DNA of 21,704 bases, taken from Salpingoeca rosetta. Lineage: Eukaryota; Protista; Choanoflagellata. The translations under genes were made by a program, and so were the position numbers. Every line of letters begins with the position of its first letter. Position 1 is the first letter of the stretch. Location of the stretch: the NCBI GenBank assembly GCA_033442325.1, contig JAWQFM010000015.1, positions 1,056,420 to 1,078,123 on the forward strand, written 5' to 3'. This document shows positions 12,149-21,704 of the stretch, in pieces. The notes under the pieces were generated by a model. The model was given only the letters and a program-made list of their open reading frames with translations. It did not search any database and had not been told where the DNA came from.

Positions 12149-14085
12149 TCGAGTTCTGAAGTCGTTGCTGTGTGTGAGTGAGCGCGTGCATCTCAGTGAG
12201 AGAGCCAACAACATTGACACACAGTGTACGCACGCAGGCACAGGCAGGTGTGACACTCGGGGAAACAACAACTTCACTTGCTGCCACGTAGTCAAAAACC
12301 TTGGCGCCGGGTAATGTTTTAGCGACTCGCAATTGAACGCGCGCAAGTCCCGCCGCCGTGCCAAAAAGCCATGGAGCAGCTGTTTCCTGTGCCGTCTTGT
12401 GAACTTGTCCGAGTATGCTGGCGGTGTGCCAGCTCCTCAATCGTATGGGGATGTCGTATGGGTCTCTGCTGCTCCACGCCTTGCTGCGCTGCTTGCCATG
12501 CTTCCTTGTGTGCCTGCCTTTTCTCCCGTCGCGCCTTTTTCTGTTTCGACGAGAGAAGGCGACAGTGGAGGAAGTTTGCCCAGCGCTGTTGCCTGTAGCG
12601 CAGAACCCGCCCCGTCTGTACGCAAGCCAGTGTCACTGGGACGCGTACGCCGGGATCGCACCCAACCACGGTTGGTTGGGCAGTCCCCTGACGCAAGCGA
12701 CACTTGCGACGGCGACGGCGACGGCGACGACGGGATCTTGTGCGCCGCTGGCTCTTGGTCAACTTGCCCTTGCTGGCATTCTGATCCGCAACGACCTTGC
12801 CACCATTCTTGTTCTTGGCAGCCCCCTTCGGCTTCTCCTCTACCTGCAGGCAGACGTGTGCTGCGACTCCGTCCGTTACGAAGGACGTCGCTTCCTTTAG
12901 CCGCTCGTGGTCTCGAGGGCGCCTTGGCCTGAAGAAGTCATCAAGGCGAGACCCATCGCCTTGACGGGGTTGTATCTTGAGGAGGCGCAGCGTGGATTTG
13001 GAGAAGCGCAGGTGTCTTGTGCCTCGAAACAGGGGAAGGAGCGGTGGGTGCTTGTAACGGATGTGGCTGCGCAGCAGGAAGACAAGGAGACAAGGTGCAT
13101 GTGAGTGTGTGAGATAGTAGTTGACATGAGCGACGAGCAGTGCACATGGACACATGCATCAGACACACCTGTACTGCCGCAGTGCCTGCTTGACTGCAAA
13201 CACAAAGCCCAGGCGCTCCTCATTTGTCTTGCAATCTGTGAGCAGGTCTCGCAGCTCAGCGTACTCAAGATCATCCTCAACTGAGTCCTTCTCTTGGTCC
13301 TCCTGGTCCTCCTGCTCTTGCTCCTTTGCTTTCTGCCGCACATACCTGAAAGTACGCAGCCAGCGTGCTGGGGCGTGCCTGATGTGGAGTTTCAGGGCTC
13401 CTTGAAGCGTTCGACAGGTCATGTCAAGGAGGTTGTGTGCGATGGCCTTGATCTGTGGTGGCGTGTTGACTGGGGTGGTCGCGTTTGGCATTGTGCGGCT
13501 GACGCCGCGAAGGGCCGATGTCTGCCGCGTGAAGGCTGTTGTGGAGACCTTGAGGGCCTCCCATAGGCCTGGTGCTTGGTAAGGCTGCTTTTTAGCGCGG
13601 ACAGCGCGGCGAGGCTGCTTCGTAGGACGAACAGCGCGGCGAGGCGAGGCCAGCACGCGCTGGGCCTCTCTCGTACTGACATCGTGGGCTGGCACCTTCT
13701 TCTTGCAGATGACAGCGAGCAGCGCATCAACGTCCTCTGGCCCAAAGCCATCGACCTGCGGGATGGCTGATGACTTGCCTTGACCAGGCCCCTTCCTTCG
13801 CCGCCGCCGGCGGCGCTTCCTTTTTCGTTTGCGCTTCTTCTCGCTCTTCTCCTTCTCCTTCTCCTTCTTCTTCTTCTCCTCCTCCTCTTTTCGCTTCTTG
13901 ATTCGCTCTTGGAGCTCGCTCTTCATATCCACTCCCTCTGTGCTCTGTAGCAGCTGCTCCAGCACCTTATCACTCGCCTTGCAGACGAGGTCGCTCACCC
14001 ACTCCACGTGCTCCACACATTCCGCCACACGTGGGTCAAGGCCCAGGCTGGCAAAGGTCCGTGTCACAGAGACAAACTTCTTCAT
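12149..14085 (-). mobile_element. Fanzor1-like (eukaryotic TnpB-family) RNA-guided endonuclease gene, intron-containing, frameshifted near its 3' end, C-terminus in the gap
   Basis: ATG at 14085 (MKKFVSVTRTFASL...). Exon 1 is 14085-13169, GT-AG intron 13168-13067, and exon 2 from 13066 joins in frame (QY|SHIRYKHPPLLPLFRGTRHLRFSKSTLRLL). Motifs: SFVTDGVAAHV (12876-12865, Fanzor1-type TDGV) and VVGCDPGVR (RuvC-I Asp at 12657-12655). After a frameshift at ~12436-12410 comes YSDKFTRRHRKQLLHGFLARRRDL, resembling the bridge-helix region. RuvC-II, zinc finger and RuvC-III are not visible. Confidence 0.8.
13067..13168 (-). other. Spliceosomal intron (102 nt) in the Fanzor gene
   Basis: Donor TACAG|GTGTGT; pyrimidine tract TTGTCTCCTTGTCTTCCTGCTGCGCAG| acceptor. 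Removing it deletes the in-frame TGA at 13161-13159 and fuses two same-frame ORFs. Confidence 0.8.
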
Positions 14086-14310
14086 GCTGAACAAGCCGGT
14101 GAAAATGGAGCTCAGCAAGCAATGGATGGCCTTTTGTTTGGGTTTTGGGTGGGTGTGGTGCCTCGCGCGCGTTCTGCACTCCTCCCGCCGAATTCCCACA
14201 ACCGGCAATGTTTTTGAAAGGCTTCCACGGTGAGGGTTTTTCTATGAGTTGGTTAATCGACACCACCTCCCTGATTTTGCCAACAAACATACAAAAAGGA
14301 AACAACCAAC

Positions 14311-14367
14311 CAAGAAGGAAACAGGCAAACAAGAAGGAAACAGGCAAACAAGAAGGAAACAGGCACA
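14311..14367. repeat. Tandem 19-bp direct repeat x3 (CAAGAAGGAAACAGGCAAA)
   Basis: Units at 14311-14329, 14330-14348 and 14349-14367 (one mismatch), with a degenerate copy just before (~14292-14310). Confidence 0.9.
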
Positions 14368-14397
14368 CAACACCACACACTCTCTTTGAAAAAAAAT

Positions 14398-14446
14398 TAT
14401 GAAGGTGACATGGCGCACGCATGGCGTGCGCCATTTCGCCTTCATA
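14398..14446. repeat. 23-bp inverted repeat (hairpin) upstream of Fanzor
   Basis: TATGAAGGTGACATGGCGCACGC - ATG - GCGTGCGCCATTTCGCCTTCATA: 21 of 23 positions complementary, 3-nt loop. Confidence 0.9.
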
Positions 14447-15182
14447 TCCGCACCTGCGGCCACATATGGGCCAAAATGTGCCGTGCGGCAATAATGTGCC
14501 ACATTGTGATGGGAGGTGGGTATAGCTCATGTGTGCGTGTTTGGGCGTTTGGGCGTGTGTGTGTGAGTGTGCGTGTGTGTGCCTACTTCTGCGTGTGTCC
14601 CTGTTCTTGCACGTGCCCAATGCCTACTAGCCGGCAAGGGCCTGCAGTCCAGACACGTGTGTGCCGTGCTTTCGACGCAGAAAGGCGTAATAGTTGCGAT
14701 ATGCCGACAACTACGACTTGGGGAGGAAACGCCTAGCCGCCAAGAAGCAACGTTCCACCTTCTTAACTACTGACAGGAAACAAAGTACATCCCCACTCGA
14801 CAAAGACGGGAAGGCGCGCTAGACTCTATCTCGGCGCCCCGTTTCTCCTGAACCGACCTGAACTTAANNNNNNNNNNNNNNNNNNNNNNNNNNNNNNNNN
14901 NNNNNNNNNNNNNNNNNNNNNNNNNNNNNNNNNNNNNNNNNNNNNNNNNNNNNNNNNNNNNNNNNNNNNNNNNNNNNNNNNNNNNNNNNNNNNNNNNNNN
15001 NNNNNNNNNNNNNNNNNNNNNNNNNNNNNNNNNNNNNNNNNNNNNNNNNNNNNNNNNNNNNNNNACACACACGGATACACGGATACACGGACACGCACAG
15101 ATACACACAGGCACGCTCCCCCCGCCCTCTCCCCCTCTCTCGCTGTTGCTCGTGCGTACACCTTTCTTTGCCGGCTGCTTAG

Positions 15183-15988
15183 ACTATACTTACGCCACCG
15201 ACGTCTTTGCACCCCCGACCTGCTTGGACGTCAGCCATGAAGCACTGATGCTGATGGCTCGAATAACAGGCCCGTGTGTCCTCAAACGAACGCCAATCCC
15301 ATGCGCCACGTGAACAGCGGCACTGCCCTTCCAAACAGAACGGCACCCCTCACCCGCTTGTGCAACAAACGGGTCACCTTCTCCTCCCTCCCCGTCAGGC
15401 CCTCTGCCTTGGCATGTGCGTTGCTCGTTGGATGGTAAGATGGTGGGTGTCACCTGCGTTCCATCCACTGCGCCGTGCTGTGCAAAAGCATACCTTGCGC
15501 ATGCCACCGCCCGTGTGCTTTCTTCTGAGCTACATCCCTCACTCACTCACACACACACACACACTCTCTCACTCTCACACTCACACACACGCACACACGC
15601 GCGCGCACACACACACACTCACACACACACACACACACTCTCTCACACTCACACACACGCACACACGCGCGCGCACACACACACACTCACACACTCACAC
15701 ACTCACACACACGCACTCACTCACACACACACTCTCTCTCACACTCACACACTCTCTCTCACACTCACACACACGCACACACACACGCGCGCGCGCGCAC
15801 ACACACACACACTCACGCACACCATCTCTCTCCCTGTCTCTCTCCTTGCGCCTGTCACAACGCCAGACATTGATTGCTATTGCCACCACCAACGGCACAC
15901 GGTGTTCGATTCCGTGCACCGCGTGGAGACGCTGGGGCCAGCTTGTAGTCTCCAACGTGCGACGCTGGAATGACCGATGAGGCGGCAG
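15183..15988 (+). other. Putative exons of an unidentified gene
   Basis: Acceptor-like sites after CA-rich/pyrimidine tracts (CTTAG| 15182, GTCAG| 15398, GCCAG| 15866) and a donor GTAAGA at 15435. No recognisable domain and the frame is uncertain. Confidence 0.3.
15538..15822. repeat. (CA)n compound microsatellite, probably intronic
   Basis: Directly visible CA/CT/CG dinucleotide mosaic, followed by a pyrimidine tract and CAG. Confidence 0.9.
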
Positions 15989-16841
15989 NNNNNNNNNNNN
16001 NNNNNNNNNNNNNNNNNNNNNNNNNNNNNNNNNNNNNNNNNNNNNNNNNNNNNNNNNNNNNNNNNNNNNNNNNNNNNNNNNNNNNNNNNNNNNNNNNNNN
16101 NNNNNNNNNNNNNNNNNNNNNNNNNNNNNNNNNNNNNNNNNNNNNNNNNNNNNNNNNNNNNNNNNNNNNNNNNNNNNNNNNNNNNNNNNNNNNNNNNNNN
16201 NNNNNNNNNNNNNNNNNNNNNNNNNNNNNNNNNNNNNNNNNNNNNNNNNNNNNNNNNNNNNNNNNNNNNNNNNNNNNNNNNNNNNNNNNNNNNNNNNNNN
16301 NNNNNNNNNNNNNNNNNNNNNNNNNNNNNNNNNNNNNNNNNNNNNNNNNNNCATCACGCCGTTGCAATGTTACAAAAGCACATGGTGGGTGAGACAGGAC
16401 ATCGTCGCTTCGCTCCTCCTTGTCCACATGCGTCGCCCACATCTCGTCCATGTGTTGCACGCGTGCACACCTGATCAGACTCATCACGGGAACTGCCAGA
16501 GCCACACACCCACACATACGTGTTCGCCAACGCCCTCGCATCAATCAGCCATCCGCGACAGTGGCCATCATTTCATCAGCTTCGAAGGAGTGCTGCCAGC
16601 ACAACCCACCCCTCGCCGCTTGTGCGTAACCGCATCACCACCCACCTTCTCCCCCTGGTTGTCGTCTTCGTCGTTGTGGCGGTTCTGCCTGCTGACTGGT
16701 GGCATGCATCGTCGCCCTCAGTTCATATCATGTCCATGTCTCTATCTATTCGTGTCATGTATGTTCAGCCCCCGTGCACCCCTCCCTCCTCACTTACCGC
16801 ATTTTGGTGTTGTGCCACCGCACTTGCTCCTCTGCCTCCAG

Positions 16842-17774
16842 TACATGAACAGCGGTGATTTCACGGCGTGCGTGCTTTCCCTCGGCCACACGGACGCGAG
16901 TGAGGAAGCAACTCTTGCATCCTGCATCTCAGGGTGCCAATCAAGCAACTCAACCTGCCGGTGAGTTGTGAAAGGCTGACGCAGCGGCGTCTTGGAGTGT
17001 CGGGGTGTACGCTGTGTACATACAGCTAACAGCAAGTAGTTGACTATGAACTTGCTATCTGACACGTTTTGTACTCTGTTCGAGATTCCTTCTTGGCAGT
17101 GCTTGCGCCTAAATGCCTATTGGGTGTCATTCTGGTCCTGCATCAGTGCTTACCTCTGCTGCCTGATGGCCATGCATTTTGCTCACAAACTGGCTTTGCT
17201 TGCGTTGCGTTCTGCATTTTGCAGAGCCGACTGTGCTTTGAGCACCAGTGACTTTGTCACAGCGTCCACAACAAGTTCGCCCGCTTCGACTACAACAACA
17301 ACCACAACTACGACCACCACAACAACGACAACTACCACAACAACCACAACAACCACAACAACCACAACGACCACAACAACAACGACAACAACTACAACGA
17401 CAACAACTACAACAACAACCACAACGACTACAACAACAACCACAACAACAACCACGACCACGACAACAACAACCACAACAACCACAACAACAACAACAAC
17501 AACAACAACCACAACAACAACCACAACAACAACAACAACCACAACAACAACCACGACCACGACAACAACAACCACAACAACAACCACGACCACAACAACA
17601 ACCACGACCACAACGACTACGACAACAACCACAACAACAACAACAACCACAACAACAACAACCACAACAACAACAACAACCACAACAACAACAACCACAA
17701 CAACAACAACAACCACAACAACAACCACGACAACCACTACCACCACGACAACAACTACACCTCCGCTGCGTTGA
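16842..17774 (+). CDS. Last two exons of a Cys-rich protein with a mucin-like poly-Thr tail (5' part unresolved)
   Basis: Exon 16842-16960 (CTCCAG| acceptor, GTGAGT donor) and exon 17225-17774 (TTTTGCAG| acceptor) join in phase 2: YMNSGDFTACVLSLGHTDASEEATLASCISGCQSSNSTCR|ADCALSTSDFVTASTTSSPAS(T)157PPLR*. Confidence 0.65.
17289..17759 (+). repeat. (ACN)157 trinucleotide repeat encoding poly-threonine
   Basis: 471 nt made only of ACA/ACC/ACG/ACT triplets. Confidence 0.9.
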
Positions 17775-18497
17775 GCTCTCTTGCACACGACCATATGCTC
17801 ACCAACGCCTTCCAATGCAGCTCATTGCTTCATCAACGCCCATGCCACATTCACATTTACATGTTTTACTTTCGTACTACGCTCCTACGCTCGCTCTCCC
17901 ATTCTCGATGGTCCACGCTTCATTCGTGCCATAGCAACTGCTTCTTTCCGTGTTGTGGTGTGTACTTTTGAGTAACAACCGTCCAATATCTACACCGCCC
18001 AATACCCATCATCCAANNNNNNNNNNNNNNNNNNNNNNNNNNNNNNNNNNNNNNNNNNNNNNNNNNNNNNNNNNNNNNNNNNNNNNNNNNNNNNNNNNNN
18101 NNNNNNNNNNNNNNNNNNNNNNNNNNNNNNNNNNNNNNNNNNNNNNNNNNNNNNNNNNNNNNNNNNNNNNNNNNNNNNNNNNNNNNNNNNNNNNNNNNNN
18201 NNNNNNNNNNNNNNNNNNNNNNNNNNNNNNNNNNNNNNNNNNNNNNNNNNNNNNNNNNNNNNNNNNNNNNNNNNNNNNNNNNNNNNNNNNNNNNNNNNNN
18301 NNNNNNNNNNNNNNNNNNNNNNNNNNNNNNNNNNNNNNNNNNNNNNNNNNNNNNNNNNNNNNNNNNNNNNNNNNNNNNNNNNNNNNNNNNNNNNNNNNNN
18401 NNNNNNNNNNNNNNNNNNNNNNNNNNNNNNNNNNNNNNNNNNNNNNNNNNNNNNNNNNNNNNNNNNNNNNNNNNNNNNNNNNNNNNNNNNNNNNNNN

Positions 18498-20074
18498 CTG
18501 CCGCTGCTGCTGGAAAGAGGGTTCGCGACGAGCACGCACGTGGCCAGGGCGTCCTTGCATGCAAGCAAGTCCCGCAGACTTCGCTTCAACGCACCAACAT
18601 TGGGGCTGCCGCTGTGCCGGCCGTGCGCGCTGCTGTGCAGCGTGGCCCGTTCAAAGTGCACCTGCAGCACAAGCCCGGCCGTTTCGTCCGGGTACATGGC
18701 GTAGTACGACAGCGCCTTGTTGAGGTGGTTCTCTGCCACCTTGCTCGCCTTGCTGGCTGCAGTGCGTGCTGCCGCCGCCGCCCACCGCCGGTGCACGAGA
18801 CCAAGGCGATGGTGCGCCTCCCCGAGCTTCAGCGACACAGCGCGACGCATTGCACTGATCCACGCCGCGTTGTCGTGCCGGCCGGCGGTGGCGGGCGCGG
18901 ACGTGAGGTTGCGGCTGATGTCTGCAAAGATGGCGATGGCGCTGTTGAGGTACGAGTCCACGTGCGTATCGTCGCGAAGGCCGGGGGCAGCACTCGCCAG
19001 CAGCGCCGCAAACCCAAGATGCGTGCCGCCCAGCTCAAGCTGGATCTGGGTCCCACAACTGCGGGTGCACGGCGCGGCGCGCAAGGCAGTCCTTCGCCTG
19101 CTGGTAGTACTGGATGGCGTGCATGTGCAGTTGCGGTCAGCGGTTGACGCGACAGCATGGGGACTGGCACCTGCCGTGCCCATNNNNNNNNNNNNNNNNN
19201 NNNNNNNNNNNNNNNNNNNNNNNNNNNNNNNNNNNNNNNNNNNNNNNNNNNNNNNNNNNNNNNNNNNNNNNNNNNNNNNNNNNNNNNNNNNNNNNNNNNN
19301 NNNNNNNNNNNNNNNNNNNNNNNNNNNNNNNNNNNNNNNNNNNNNNNNNNNNNNNNNNNNNNNNNNNNNNNNNNNNNNNNNNNNNNNNNNNNNNNNNNNN
19401 NNNNNNNNNNNNNNNNNNNNNNNNNNNNNNGGCCCGCTCCCAGATGCAGCCGCGTCCAGCCGTTGCCGTTGCCGAAGCCGGCTATCACCACCACCACCAC
19501 CACCACTACCATCATCACCATCACCACCATCGCCATCGTCGTCGTTGGTGCTGGCTTTCGTGTCCGTGTGGGCGTCGGGTTGTTCTGATGCTGATGGCCG
19601 TGCTGACTTGTCCTTGCTTGCACCGTGCACTGCGCCACTGCCACCACCATCGCCACCACCACCGCCACGACGACGTGCACGCTGTGCTTCCTGCGCGTTC
19701 ATGTGGAGTTGGTTGCGCGCGTAACTGATGCGCATGAGCTTGGCCAGGTTGCAGTTGATGACGGCCTGGTTCACGCGGTCCCGCAGGTTGCGAAACGCCG
19801 CCAGCGCGCGGAAGAAATGCGCACACGCCATTTGCTTCTGCTCTTCAAATTGCGCGGCAGACCAGGCAGTGAGTGCCGGCATCTCCGACAGCTGGTCCAT
19901 CAGCACTTTGGCCATCTCGTTGTGCGCGTTGCCCGTCTGCCGCACCAGCGTCTGCTCCTCCATCAGAGAGGCCTGCGAGTGTGTGTATGGTTTTGTGTGT
20001 GCGTGAGCGATAAGGGGAACAGATGTGCCAGAGACAGGGCAAGAACAAACCAAGAGTCAAATAAGACGAGCAAT

Positions 20075-20128
<54 letters not shown>

Positions 20129-21704
20129 GACACAACCAAGCAACCACAAATGCGCGCACTCCCCCCCATCTCCCCCACGCACACACACGCGCATGCGCAG
20201 GCCACCGCACGTTGTGGATAAAGTCGTAGAGAGCGAGTGCTGCCTTTTGCCAGNNNNNNNNNNNNNNNNNNNNNNNNNNNNNNNNNNNNNNNNNNNNNNN
20301 NNNNNNNNNNNNNNNNNNNNNNNNNNNNNNNNNNNNNNNNNNNNNNNNNNNNNNNNNNNNNNNNNNNNNNNNNNNNNNNNNNNNNNNNNNNNNNNNNNNN
20401 NNNNNNNNNNNNNNNNNNNNNNNNNNNNNNNNNNNNNNNNNNNNNNNNNNNNNNNNNNNNNNNNNNNNNNNNNNNNNNNNNNNNNTTATTGTCGCGGTGC
20501 GCTGCTGCAGCGGCTGTTGTCATGCTGGTGGTGGCCCTGGAGCTGTCACATCACACGCGCGCGTTCAATCAAGCAGCCACACTCCTTCGTCGGCACCACA
20601 TGCCCACACCGCCCTCTTTCCCTGCAGCAGCCACACCTCCTTCGTCGGCACCACATGCCCACACCCGCCCCCTTTCCCTGCAGAAGAAGAAGAAGAAGAA
20701 GAAGAAGAAGAAGAAGAAGAAGAAGAAGAAGAAGAAGAAGAAGAAGAAGAAGAAGAAGAAGAAGATGATGATGATGAGGTGGAGGAGGAGGTGGAGGAGG
20801 AGGTGGTGGTAGTGGTGGTGGTAGTAGAGGAGGAGGTGGTGGTAGTAGAGGAAGAGGTAGTGGAGGAAGAGGTAGTGGAGGATGTGGCGGTGGTGTCCCA
20901 CCGCGCCAGAGCCGCATCCTGCCGTGTGCGGTATGTTGCCTCTGCCATCTGCTGGGGAAGGTGCTGGGGTGCGTCGTGGTGCAGCGCCGCAAGCGCCAGG
21001 AGCGCGTGTGCGGCCAGCGGCAACACTTTACCAAGCAGGTCGTCTTCTTGCTTCACGTGTGTCTGCAGCTGCTCTGCCGCCTTGACGGCAATGATGGGGC
21101 CCGCTGCTGGTGGCGGCGTTGGTGGTGATCGCGATCGCGATGGCGATTGTGTCGAATGTGCTGTCGTTGAATGTGTTGTCGAATGTGTTGCCGTTGTTGT
21201 TGTCGAATGTGTTGTCGTGGTTGTCGTTGTTGTGGTGCGCGATTGGTGGCCGTCCACGTGTTGTCGACCAGCCCTTGATGCATCGCCGCTGCGCTTGCTC
21301 TCCAGCTGTTCATCACCCGCGCCATTGACTCTGCTATCATTGCTCGCTGCACTCCCCCCCCTCACCACCTTCCAGCTTACCACCACTACTGCCATCGCCT
21401 CCAGCTCTTCCGTTGTCATCACCATCCCCATCAGCACCGTCACCATCCCCATCAGCACCTTGACCTCCGCCGTCACCACCGTCATACCACGTGCTTGCTC
21501 GGCGCGCGCCGGTGCGGCACCGCAGGCACAGGTCACAAAAGCGGACGGTGGATCCAAACTTCCCGCGCTGCAACGCAAGCTTGGCCAGCGTTGCGTAATG
21601 GTGTGCGGCGCGCGTGAGCACCAGCTCCAGCAGCTGCCGGCTGTGGCCGTCCTGTGGGTTGTCTGCAATCCACTCCACCGCTGGCTCCAACAGGTCCAAG
21701 GCAA
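18498..21704 (-). CDS. EDRF1: Erythroid differentiation-related factor 1 (EDRF1)-like TPR-like helical protein, partial, multi-exon, with apparent frameshifts
   Basis: EDRF1-like blocks in the expected order: AAHHYATLAKLALQRGKFGSTVRF; LVRQTGNAHNEMAKVLMDQ; FFRALAAFRNLRDRVNQAVINCNLAKLMRI; AIQYYQQAKDCLARRAVHPQLWD-QIQLELGGTHLGFAALL; AHHRLGLVH...AENHLNKA. Intron 20210-19973 (phase 0, FIHN|ASLMEE). Single extra bases in homopolymers at 21354-21361 and ~19048-19050. Start is outside the window and the end is in a gap. Recognised from memory of the family. Confidence 0.8.
20078..20123. repeat. (CA)n microsatellite within the EDRF1-like intron
   Basis: Pure CA run inside predicted intron 19973-20210. 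Confidence 0.9.
20683..20764. repeat. (GAA)n trinucleotide microsatellite
   Basis: Pure GAA run. On the minus strand it reads as poly-Ser in the EDRF1-like frame, or as a pyrimidine tract ending in CTGCAG. Confidence 0.9.

Noticed and set aside
4643-12440. Long minus-strand ORFs (564 aa, 1077 aa and others) opposite the cadherin
   Set aside because: Antisense shadows of GC-rich cadherin codons, inflated by N-gaps; no motifs.
14086-14208. N-terminal 41 aa of the 349-aa ORF as part of Fanzor
   Set aside because: Begins at a non-ATG codon; the first ATG is at 14085, where Fanzor-like sequence starts.
14311-14367. CRISPR-like array next to a Cas12/TnpB-like gene
   Set aside because: Repeats are directly adjacent with no spacers, only 19 bp long, and in a eukaryotic context.
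15190-15546. Minus-strand 118-aa ORF ending at a GTAAGT
   Set aside because: No recognisable domain. The orientation of flanking CA-rich and pyrimidine tracts favours + strand exons.
17127-17934. Poly-Gln, poly-Val and Cys-rich (metallothionein-like) ORFs over the ACN repeat
   Set aside because: Alternative readings of the same repeat. Only the Thr frame is linked by splice sites to an upstream exon; the poly-Val ORF is its antisense mirror.

Overview
Gappy eukaryotic draft-assembly window (nine N-gaps) with GT-AG introns full of (CT)n/(GT)n/(CA)n repeats. This style, plus a long cadherin, suggests a choanoflagellate such as Salpingoeca (inference). Left to right: (1) a spliced Mutator/MULE transposase derivative (+, 308-~2960) with the N-terminal DNA-binding zinc finger and a SWIM finger but no visible DDE core. 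(2) Its last exon runs in frame into a degraded Sushi/EGF-cadherin gene (+, ~2960-11183) with at least 17 cadherin linker motifs, two in-frame stops and many frameshifts. (3) A convergent, intron-containing Fanzor1-like (eukaryotic TnpB, RNA-guided nuclease) gene (-, 14085 to the gap at 12148) with TDGV and RuvC-I GCDPG motifs, preceded by a 19-bp direct-repeat array and a chain of palindromes. (4) Unidentified + strand exons and a Cys-rich protein ending in 157 consecutive Thr. (5) An EDRF1-like gene (-, 18498-21704). The Fanzor locus and the MULE-cadherin chimera are the main points of interest. All family calls come from motif recognition by eye; no database searches were run.
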